NCBI GenBank assembly: GCA_900088475.1
Contig: FLMG01003947.1
Coordinates: 62,001 to 126,000, forward strand
Direction: 5' to 3'
Length of the DNA: 64,000 nucleotides
DNA from: Hyphochytrium catenoides
Lineage: Eukaryota > Protista > Hyphochytriomycota
Shown: positions 17,092 to 27,936 of the stretch, in pieces
Numbering within the stretch: the stretch's first letter is position 1
Layout: the number at the start of each line of letters is the position of its first letter
Program-made: the position numbers and the translations under genes
Notes under the pieces: model-generated
What the model was told of the DNA's origin: nothing
Seen by the model: only the letters and a program-made list of their open reading frames with translations
Databases searched by the model: none

Positions 17092-18785
17092 TCAGCCCTT
17101 GGGCCTCTTACTTAGTGGTTGCTCAATGGTCTCCATAAGGTGGAGATATTGCGACGCTGTGTAGTCCTCTTCTTCGAAATATGAACCTAATGGGACTGAT
17201 TGTCCTAGAGCACCTTGAAGGGCCTGTGGCCTCTCAGAAACTTTGCTCGCTGCGTCTGCCTGATGGGCTTTAGCCATGCTATCGCTACCGGAGTAGATGG
17301 CTCCACGTGCGCTCTCAAAAGTAATACCTCCTTCATGCTTCTGCTTTGTCGGCTCTGCCGTGGCGTTTGCCGCTTGCTGCAGATTTTCGATTCCCGCAGA
17401 GGAAGCCTGGCGAGAAGCAGGTGCTGGAGGGATGCTTGGAAGAGAACGATTCGGGAGCTGGCACTCTGCAAGTGGAGGCCGAGGCAGTGCGCTACCCTGT
17501 CTAGTTGTAGGCATAGAGTCCGTCGCATTGCTAGTGTGGCGTAAGGAGCCACTGCCGGGATTGGGCCGCTGAGGAGGAGGGATGGATGAGAATGTGTTAT
17601 TGGCTGGAGCCTTCGAGCCGGGAGCGACCGCAGCAAGTGGCCTACAAGGACCGCCCGAGGTGCTAGAGGGTAGGGCCGCTCCCACCGCGGGCCCGGCTTG
17701 AGGCCCAAAACCGCCAGGTTGCATTCCCGTGCTGCTTGGAGGTTGCGCTTGGCGATGTTGCTGGCATAGGGAAGAGTAGCCCAGAAGTCAGTTGAGGAAC
17801 TGGGAAAAGAAGCTACCATACACACAGACAGGAGGTAAAGAGCAAATCGTCAATATAACTATAGCCGACGAGGTATGCAGTGCCAGGCAAGAAGGAGGAA
17901 CAAATATGATGAGAGGAGTGAGCAAGGTGTGAATTTTGAGCGAAGAAAAGCGCCTGGTCATGTTGCGTGAGGAGGTTACTTACCTCTAGTCGTGCTCTTT
18001 TGACTTCCTTGATATGCATCTTGTCATAGACCGAATTGCCCAGCCGCTCCCCGAATAGTCTTAAACAGCGTTTCCGAGCATCTGATACAGCAGCCTAGAC
18101 AGCGGCGGCGTTAGGATGAAAAATTCACGGAAAGATAGTGTGCAATGTACTGAGACTTGGTAAGGACTCGCTCACAATAGGGCAGATGAAAAGAGCTGTC
18201 GCATGTAAGGATCTATCCTAAGTTACCTTTTTCGCCTTCTCCAAAGACTTTCCTTTGTCCCTTTGGCCTTCACTCTGTCCAAACCCAATGTCTTCGTGAG
18301 CGGTACCGTCCTTGAGCTTGAAAAAGAGCCGCATTAGTCTCGTGGCACGCCATAGAACATGAGACTTTCCAGGAAGCCTATCTTACCTGTACTCGCACTA
18401 TGGCACTAGCTGTGACATACCACTTGCCTTGTTGCTCTTGGACCTAACGTTCTGTTCTGTTAGCTATTTTTTTTGACAGTGCAGATGCTTCGCTTACGAG
18501 CTCATCTTGGATTGAGAGTATGCTGCAGCTCCATCCGGTGAAGCCGAAGAGTTCGTTGGCCAGTTCTATCGTTTTCCAACTCTCGATGTAGCTTAGCTTG
18601 GATTGACCTGGCCCTGCGCGCTCAGCAATCTCCTCTCTGCCAAGCTTTTGCTGAAGCAGACTTCCGATCCTCGCCTTCTCTTCCTCAGTAAATTCGCCTT
18701 TTCCAAATCTCGTGTCATTATCCACCGCCGCCTGATTGCTTGCTATATAACCTTCAGCCGTCGCTGGCGAGAGCGATGAACTCAT
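17092..18785 (-). CDS. RAD52: DNA repair/annealing protein RAD52 (5 exons)
   Basis: LLQQKLGREEIAERAGPGQSKLSYIESWKTIELANELFGFTGWS / [54 protein letters not shown] is the Rad52/Rad22 domain. Disordered C-terminus ends in a basic KRPK. Confidence 0.95.
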
Positions 18786-20000
18786 ATCTGATGGCTACGT
18801 TTTCGTGCAGATCCCGCAATAGAGTCGCTGAGTCGGAATGCTATCAAATAGGGTCAGAGAGTTGCCTTCTGGTGGACCTGGGCTGTCATGCAATTTGGGA
18901 TAACGCATGTAAGGAGTCGAGCCAGGTCAAGGGAGATTAACACTCAGGCGGCGTAAGCAGGCTCCGTCTACGGCCCTGACTTCAGACAGTCAAGAGGCAC
19001 GACAGCTAGGAATGATCACATGTGTCGTTTCCTTATTGATAATGAATGACAACAAAGCTCTGGGCGGCACCGCGCCGATAGTTGCCGCCGTTTCTTCACC
19101 AAGTTCATACCCTGTACCGGTCCCGCCAAGATCAATACAACTGATCCTGATGAAGTTATCTATGCTGGCTGCATCTATTGTGACAATATATGGGATTTAC
19201 CAAAATGACACTGGAACTTGTAAGCCTCCGTTATTATGCCTGATACTGTATCCCTGAGAGTTAAGACTACATAAATGTTAAGGCTTTAAGCTTGACTGTT
19301 ATCCCTCTTTGAGGGAAGCGATAATCTCTGGAGGGATGTGGCGAAGAAGCACCTCTGTACCTGGAATGGGATGTTGAGGATCCTGATGACCAGCATCATC
19401 GACACATCAACAAGCTACACCTCTGTCCAAGGTTGAGATCAGAGAGCAATCGTCTAAAGTCAAGCTCTTCATCAAAGTCTGGATGACATGATGGGAGCTC
19501 CAGTAGCTCGAGCGCTGGTGGTTCGACAGAATAAATGGCTGCCGTCCAGACTCTCCGTTTTCCGACGCTACACTCTTCGTGAGGAAAGCTTTCCTCTTTT
19601 CTCTAAGATTACCTGTATGGACAAGGTCGCTAATATTCAGATAATTGTTTATTCAAGACAAAAGCGAAGGAGCCGGCGGCCACCATGTATGGCGACGTCA
19701 ATCTGCCACGAAGTGTTCCCTTCATGGCTCATTATCTCCCTACAGGAGTAAACCAAGCACTCGTTCCGGATATCTGCCGGTTCTTCGCCTTGCCTGCTTT
19801 GCTGTAAGGACAATTTTACGAGTCTAACTAGAAGCTCGTGCTGACTGGTTCGACACATACTGCATGTGGCTGGAGTGAGAGGCTACGGCTCCCAGTCTTA
19901 TACTGCTTTCCTACTCATCTCCTATGGAACTGCTGTTGCCAGCTGAACGACCGTCCAACTGCAGCTATTAGTGGACGACGCTTGATAAACGCCGAGTCAT

Positions 20001-21057
20001 CTAAATAATGTGTCCAGCTGGGCTCCTTATGAGCTGGAAGAACTCGCTTCGAGTCCGTGGGTCCGACTGGAAGCAGCCCAGTACAGAGCTTGTTACTGTG
20101 GAAGAGCCCGCCTTCTCGACTCCTCGAACTATCATACACATGTGACTGCAACGAAAGAGGTTAGTTTGCCCTTACAGTTTGCCAAGAGACTCAGACGGCA
20201 CGTACGATGCCTCAATGACAACCCCCACACCGAGAGGTTTTATAGCCTCCATTATAGCGGTCGCAATCTGCTTTGTCAGTCGCTCTTGGACTTGCAAGCG
20301 TCTGGAGAACATTTCTGCTATTCTAGCCAGCTTACTGAGCCCAAGTACTTTCCCGTTAGGAATGTAGCCAACATGAACCTGGAGAGAGTATTACAGTGTA
20401 AGCTGGGTCTGAACGCCAGGCGGTATACAAAGTAATACTTACCTTGCCCGTGAAAGGCACCATATGATGCTCGCATAGAGAGTAAAGGTCAATGTTCCGT
20501 ACAATAACCATTTCTCGGTGATCCTCCTCAAAAATGGCATCGTTCACGAGGTCTGTCAAAGTCTGTCCATAGCCCTTCGTACAGTAAAGAAGAGCCTTCG
20601 CCATGCGAAGAGGTGTCTTCACAAGACCTTCTCTTTCTGGATCTTCGCCCAAGCACTGCGATAGAAAGTAGTATTACAAGACATATCGAAGCATGACGCA
20701 AGAATTCTCTCACCTCTAACAACGTTCGTACTGCCTCTGACATCTTCTTCAACTTACGCTCGTCCTGGTCATTGATGGGGTTGCGTGTGGCGATTGACTC
20801 GGACAATTCCTTTAATCTCTCCTCTACGATAAGGAAGGTGAGATGGGTTTACCACTAATCAAAGTTGTGTGGATACCTTGATATGGGGTCAAGTCGCAGC
20901 TGCCAGTCCTGTTGCGCTTCGAACGGTCGGAGCTTGCCGGTGATGATAGCCCGTTAGCAGCACTTACAGAACTAACAGAGTGTGCTCGTTTTCGGTTGCT
21001 GGTTCCATCCTCCACGACCACCGCTGAGGGAGGCTTCATAGGCTTTACGAAGTCCAT
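20001..21057 (-). CDS. GCH1: GTP cyclohydrolase I (5 exons)
   Basis: [33 protein letters not shown] / [34 protein letters not shown] / [20 protein letters not shown]; Zn ligands present. Confidence 0.97.
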
Positions 21058-22028
21058 TCGCCCCAATTGCGTGCCCAGATTTTGTAGAAGTTATGCTGTG
21101 ATCTTCCGCTCTTAGGCATTCATCGCATCCTTCCCTCTGCCGCAGGTCAGGAAGCGTCTTAATCTTGTTTACGCGGTCTCCTTGGTAAGCGGTCCACGAT
21201 GCTCCTTCCGCCTATGGCAAAGGGAAAGTGGAAAGGGCGATCAACGAAGCTAATCACCTGTTCAAAGACCACCGACAGCAGTGCAATAAAGGTGGCTTCT
21301 AGACATCATCAACGCTATGATCGGGCTATAACTTCCTTGAGCTAGGGAAAGGAGAGAGGAGAGCGGGGAAAGGCTGATTAAGGAACTTTCACCCTTGCAG
21401 GACCGGGGGGTGTGCTGATTGGACTTGGTGCAACATTCCGCCAATCAAAACGCCTCCAGCAACAATTCTCTATGAAGGTAGAACCAGACAGGCATTATAC
21501 CCAATAAAGTCAGATACCAAGACTTAGATCACTGATCGTACAATTATTATTCAGAACAGTTGTGATATGTGGTTATCAAATGTGTTGGTTTTCTTAATGA
21601 GTCTCGGGTATAATTCAGTCTCGAATGCTGCTCGGCGGCTCGGGTCGCCGCGTTCGCATCTGTCTTCTTTTGCTTGTTGGAGCTTCCTCTCCAAGGTCTT
21701 TTGTGCCCATGTAGTTCTAGACAGCAATCTTCATCAGCTTCCAGGGCTGCTGTTGGAGATGGGAATGCGTTCGCGGGTGCGCTGTTGATGAATCATTGAG
21801 CTTTCAAGAGGCATGACACGCAGACCCGACCTCAATGACTATGAGCATTAGGCTCTAGTGGACTCCTGTGCTGCTTGAGGGCCCTACTGGACGGGCATGC
21901 TCCCTATCAGAGTACGACCTTGACCAGAGTGCGGGGAACCATCTCTTAAATCTCTCTCGCCGTTAGCGAAGAAATAGTAGGTCAAAGAAATTTGCTGTCG
22001 ACATCTTCAAGGGTCATACAGTCTCGGC

Positions 22029-23967
22029 ATGAGAAAGATGATAGGTGGACTTAATAGGGGCCTCAGAGCCATCGATAGTCGATTCCTGGCTTACCCTTGC
22101 ACGAGGAGGTCTTGCCAGATTGTGTCGATAACAGGCTGGTCTAAGGCTCCTTCCCTGCACTGCGTTTATGTACGGCATTCTCTATCTCCCTGCTCTTAAC
22201 TCCCTTGTGCTGATCGTACTTTCAATGCCTGTAGAGGAGGTCCCTCTTCCAGCTATCGTGGCGTTCAGAGACTAAAGATGGGTCTCAGAACTCAAGCGTA
22301 ACCCGAGTAGAAGCAACTTCGAAGACGGACAAGGATGTGGCTGTGTCTCCGCCCCCGCACTATGTTTTCAGCATGCCAGACATAGCAGACGTAAGCCGTC
22401 TGACTCAAGTTAGCTCCTGGCTGGTGGTTGACTCACCTTATCACCATTTTATCAGAAAAACATTGTTGGCACAGTGACCCAGTGGTATAAGAAGGAGAAA
22501 GAGGCGGTCACCGAAGGGGAGTTGCTGTGTGAGGTGAGCGCCAACTCCAGCAATTCTCTAAGAGTAATGCTCAGCATCAGGACTTGTTCCTCAGATCGAG
22601 ACCGAGAACTTAGTTGTAGATGAGGAGTCACCTATGAACGGTGTCCTCGCCCGAATCGGTACGGCCTTTCATTTTTCGGAGTCATCCCTTACCCGCAGAT
22701 TTATCGCTTCTTCTCAGCTCCTGTTGTCTTTGACCCTCTACGCCGTTAGCTCTTGTTTGCTTGGTCCGTCCTCCTTGCTTCCTCTCTCTCCCCTGATTGC
22801 TCTAGGTCTTAGCTCTTGTTCTGAATGCTCTTCGTCTTCCTTCACTCATGCGCATTCCGGTCTCTCCCTTTCCTTTCCGTTTGGTGTATGTCTAACTGTT
22901 CTCCGCTAATCTTTGTCTATATGCGCTCTCTAGTGGTACCTACGGGCACTCCTAACGTTCCTGTCGGCCAGACGCTCGCCATCCTGGTAGGGAAACCTAG
23001 CGTTTACTTGAGATCTAGGGTTAAATTGGTCTAACTTCGCTTATTTAGGTGTCTGACCCTGCTCATGTGGATGCCTTCAAAGACATAAAGCAATTTGGCG
23101 TGACAGAATCTTCGGGATATGGCATACAAACCGAGGACGAGAAACAAAGCGCGGAAGTGCTGAAGCTCCTCACTCAGTTACATGCCGACAACAAAATCAA
23201 AGACGAAGGTAAGGCCATAAAGATCCATCAGAAGTCAGGCTCAGGGGTTGTAGTCTCACATCTCCTACTGCCTCAGTCGCGTTGTCTGCGCTGAAGTCAC
23301 TAGCTATGAAGAATGACGGCAAGCTTCTTATCGTCTACAACGCTTTCTTTGATAAAGCGGAAGATGGCAGCATGACCGGGGATGTCGATAGCTTTATAAA
23401 GAATGCGTTGGAATTGGTAAGCAAGCAGAGTATTGAGAGCGCTGGAGCAGTGGACGTCTTGAGGGCAATCAATAGGTTAGCCAAAGAAGGAAAGATCACA
23501 GACAAAGGTATTGTGGCCCTATCCTCCAGTACCATGTCTCTCTTCCACACATGTCTCACTCACTGTTTTACGATAATTCTCATGAAAGGACCATTTCTGC
23601 TACAATCTTTGACCACGATGCGTGTTTACATTTATCCACATCGCTGCCCTTGCCGAAGTCACCTGGCTCTACTCTTGCGGCATTTGCAGCTCAAACAGGC
23701 GTTGCCCTTCATGTTATAGAGGTCTAACTCTCATTCCTTATCCCAGAGCATTTGCGCATTCTCAAAAAGCTCGCTCGGAGAAGTGATCCAGATTTGCTGG
23801 TCACATATTCAAGCTCCTACGACAAGCACGATAATTTTGATGAAGAGGGGTTCTTAGAAGGTTGTGAGGAGATAGTAAACGATTATTTAGAAGAGAAAAA
23901 GCAACAAGAAGCGGCTAGTTCACCAGGCCAAGTAGATGGCAAGGGAGCGGGAGACCCATCCAGCTGA
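22029..23967 (+). CDS. Probable mitochondrial protein with a lipoyl-like domain (no acceptor Lys) and two tandem helical repeats (8 exons)
   Basis: Arg-rich, acid-poor N-terminus. PPHYVFSMPD..GTVTQWYKKEKEAVTEGELLCE/IETENLVVDEESPMNGVLARI/VVPTGTPNVPVGQTLAIL/VSD..VDAFKD follows the E2 lipoyl-domain pattern. Exon phases are consistent. AATAAA at ~23976. Confidence 0.85.
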
Positions 23968-26815
23968 AGAGACCCAATAAATCTGGACTCATTTTAACTA
24001 TTCAAGTTGTATCGTTGGGAAGCTAGCGGTGGGCGAGGCTAACAATATAAGTGTACGTCCGTCGGGGAGGAAAGAGCTCCGCCAATCTAAGGGCCTTTTG
24101 TATGCCACTCATCTACAACGCTTGTTAGTAGGTCTGTCGGCTGTCAGTCATCACCAGTTTTCTCTTTCCTCTAGCGGAAGGTGGAGGACAGTTAAAGTAG
24201 TAGGGCGAGCTCCTAGTAAGAGTGTCAAGTGACGACTGAACTTAGTGGTGTGATAGTATGTAATATGAGAGACTGCTCCAGCTCTCGAGAGTGTGGGAGA
24301 AAGAAGGTGCTCTGTCTGTACCTTGGCTGGCCAGGCCTCAGTTCAGACAAGCACCACGCAGAGGAAGAGTTTGCGGGAACACACGCAAGTAGCAAAGGGT
24401 CTGAAAGAAGTTTATTGACTGAGATATAGAGGGTAAGAGGGAGTCTCCCTTGAGAGAGAGTCAGTCTACCTGAGAAATGCAAAGATAATAGAGTAACATT
24501 CAAGAGAAGTAGTGTCCACAGGCTATTCTGATAGCATGCAAAGAGAAAGAGGGAAGAAAGGGAAAAGGAAGAGAGCATCCTTCGTCAGAGCCATTCGTTG
24601 CCGACTCTAGTCGGGACTACCGCCGCCCTGAGAGTCCTCTTAAAGAGGAGAGGTCGCATCCCATACACCGGTCGATCCGTGTCCGGTGCGCAGTCAGGTG
24701 GTTAGCAGAAGAAGAAGAGCCAACAGAGGGAAAGTGTCAGGTTATCCATGTTGCCTTCTTGCGCTCCACCTTTCTGAGGAAGAAAGTACTGATAATAGAC
24801 ATGAGGAATAGGTAGGGGAGGGGGGCTTCTCTCGGTCTGTTGGAACAGAGAAGAAGAGAAGAAGAGAAGGTCACTGAGTAGATAGACGCAGACTTCTGTT
24901 GCTGCTTGGTATGCTGCTAATCTACTAGATTGAAGAAGTATTGGCCATTTCATTTTCCATACTACCAATGCCAGGAGATTCTCCGTAAGTCTGCCTGATA
25001 ACAAGCGTCTAACTTAGATGTGCATCCTCTCTCTGTGGCTGGGAAGATGAGGTAGGTTATGATGATATAATGTGACTAAAGAAGCGTCAATATCATCATC
25101 CTTTAGAACAACATTACTATTATTAGGGGTGATGAGGCAAGTCGAGGAGCATGCAGGAGGAGGATCACCACTAGTACTAATCAAGATGATCACCTTTGGC
25201 AGCAGTGACGAGAGATAATAAGAACAAGCAAGCAGTTTGAAGGGGGAAAGAACATGACGAATAGGGAGGGAAAAGAAGAACAAAGAAGAAACAAGGAAAG
25301 GAGGTGGAAGAAGAGGAGACGGCGGGCGGTAAGGGGAAAAGAAGGAAAGGAAGAAAGGAAGAAGAAGAGGAAAACGGTGGACTTAAGAAGGGAAGGCGAG
25401 AAGTGATGATGGGTGACTGATGAGTAACAAGGAGACGAAGAAAAGAGCTTAACAACATTCCGCCTGGTATACTGTTAGGTGACGATAGCAGAGAAGAGAC
25501 CTCCTCCCACCATAGCCCCAAGCGAGGAACTCGACATTGCATGCGAGGAGACCCTGATGCATTATGGTGGCATCATGATATTGGGGTTAGTTGTTGTTGG
25601 GTTGCCTGTGATTATGACTCTCCTGATGAAGAGGCTGGTGTGGTGGAGGGAAAAAAAGAGAAGATGAGTAAGAAAAAAGAGGAGAAATGAGCGGCGGGGA
25701 CAAAACAGAGCCCCAACGTAGTGGTGATAATTATCATAAGGACTGGACAAGCACTTATCTGGGAGGAGGGCGGCCGCAGGCAGCCAGTGGCCAATTATTA
25801 CGTACCATGGAGCTGCTACTAGCTATTCTCTTGCTTGAAAGACAACAAGAAGAGGTAGTAGGAGGAGGAGGTAGCGGTCTCACTAAATAATAAGAAGGAT
25901 GACAGCCATAATAGAACCGCATCCACACGGCAGCAAGCGGAGCGGATGGCGCTAACTACTTCTATAATGATGACGACGTGACGAATATTATAAGGAGGTA
26001 ATAAGTGAAGAAGAGAAAGGAGGAAGAAGAACGACTGGGCAGGGAAAAGAAGAAGAAGATCGAAGGATATTGCCAGTAGTAGCTGACTTTTTCTGCTTCC
26101 CTCGTCTGCAAGCGACGAGCAATAAGACACAACACCAACAACAAGAAAAACCGATCATCATGGACAGGAGGGAGGAGGCAGGACGGAGGAGGAGGAGCGA
26201 GGAATGAAGAAGAAGTTCTTATTGTTGGTGGGGAGGATCATCATCATCATCGACGGCGATGCTGGCTAGCGGGTGGCGGCAGTAGAGAAGGAGGAGTTGG
26301 AGAAGAAGGCGGAGGAAGAAGAGGAGCAAGCCACCCATGAAGAAGAAGAAGGACGGAGAAGGAGAAAGAACGAAGAAGAACAGCAGGTGATGGGGAGATA
26401 TTCGTAGTCCGGGAGGAGGAGGAGGGAGGAGGAAGGGGGAAGAAGAGATCAGAAGGAAGAAGGAAGAGGCAGAAGAAGGGAAGGAAGGAGGAGGAAGAGC
26501 TCCAGCAGCCTCTCTGTCTTGCCAGCAGTAGTAATAATAACAGTACCAACCCTTCCTGGCCCACCGCCTGTAGCTAACTACTGTGACGTTGTGGAACAGT
26601 AGTAGTAGTAGTAGGTCCAAACATGCTAAACGGCAGGAAGACAGAGCGAGGAAAAGCGTGAGACAGAGTAACACCAATATAAGCCTTTTCAACACTGGGT
26701 GCAGGCTCTAGAGATACCTGAAGAGGGTGACGAGAGAAGAAGTTGAGAGAGAGAGGGGGACGAGGGACGGTGGCCCTAAATAATAAACAAGACCGGTAGA
26801 ACGGTAGAGGGACCC

Positions 26816-26941
26816 AAACCGTAATATACTCTTCAAGTTGGTCTTAAGACGGTTACTTGGCATGGGTTTGGCATAATAAAAGCTCTAGAGACGGTGAGCG
26901 GCCCGAATTGGCAAACTTTACAATTTTGCTAATTACGGTTA
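26816..26941 (+). promoter_or_regulatory. Cluster of MYB-core-like (CGGTT) sites upstream of the MYB gene
   Basis: aaaccgtaat (26816), gacggttac (~26848), aattacggtta (26931). Confidence 0.3.
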
Positions 26942-27936
26942 GCGGCTCGCTCTATTGAGACGGCGCCTGCTTCCCCTCTCTCCTCCTCTTTGTTGTGTTT
27001 CAGTTGGGGGCTTAAGCTTCAAGAAGTGACAGACAGAGAGGCCGAGAGAGACGGAGGCCTCCGAGACAGATCAGCAGAGAGATAGGTCAATATAAGGGTC
27101 CAGAGAAAACGCAAAGAGGCCGATAACAAGAGACAGAGTACCCTGAGAGAAAGAGAACGACCAAACGAGAGAGCCCGCCAACTGGAAAAGAGCGGCTGAC
27201 AGACAGAGCGCCGACGGTCCAGAGAAGAGGAGGAGGAAGAAGGCTGAGGAGGAGTTAGGATCCGAGTGGCGCGTTTCCCCCGTTTCTCCGCCTGGTTCGG
27301 TCTTCAGTGATCATCACGATCCGAAGCTTCTCTGTCTGTTGGCAGCCTCAAAGCCTTAGATCATCTGCATCATCCCTTATCCCAGCCTGCGGAGCTAGTA
27401 TGTGACCTGTTCCCCAGTGCCAAGGACTGCAGAGCGAGAGGGCCAATCTTCTTGAAGTTACGTTGGTGAAGCGCGGCTTATTAATTCTGTCCCCTGACGC
27501 AGTTGTCCATCCCTCCTGCGGCTATCTCCTGATTATTACTCTGAGAGCCCATTGCCAGTGGACGGGTAGGGGTGGCTATCTTACAAGGCTAGCTAGCTAG
27601 CTGTGAGAGAGGTACGGCCGCTTATTTATCAGGCATATAGCTAGGGATTTCTATTATCTACTTCAGACGAGAAGATACTCGTGGCGTAGGCTATTTGTGG
27701 CGGCAAGATTACATTCTTGCTCCGTGCTGCCAGAGCGTGACACGGCACAAAAACGGCGCTGGAATGTGCTGCATCAGGGCGTCATTCTCTGCTGCCTCCC
27801 GTATCTGTTCTAGCTGACCACCGGCCAGTGGCTTCGTTCGGGTGCTATCAATTTGCAAGGCCTGCCAAACCACCCCATATGCTCGGCTAGCTCAATTTTG
27901 CCTTAGAATCACACTCTTAGAGCGAACGAGGACAAA

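Noticed and set aside
24598-24690. Short hairpins (ccgactctagtcgg; tcctcttaaagagga) suggesting a structured RNA or ribozyme
   Set aside because: No hammerhead, HDV, tRNA or snRNA consensus; stems this short are expected by chance.
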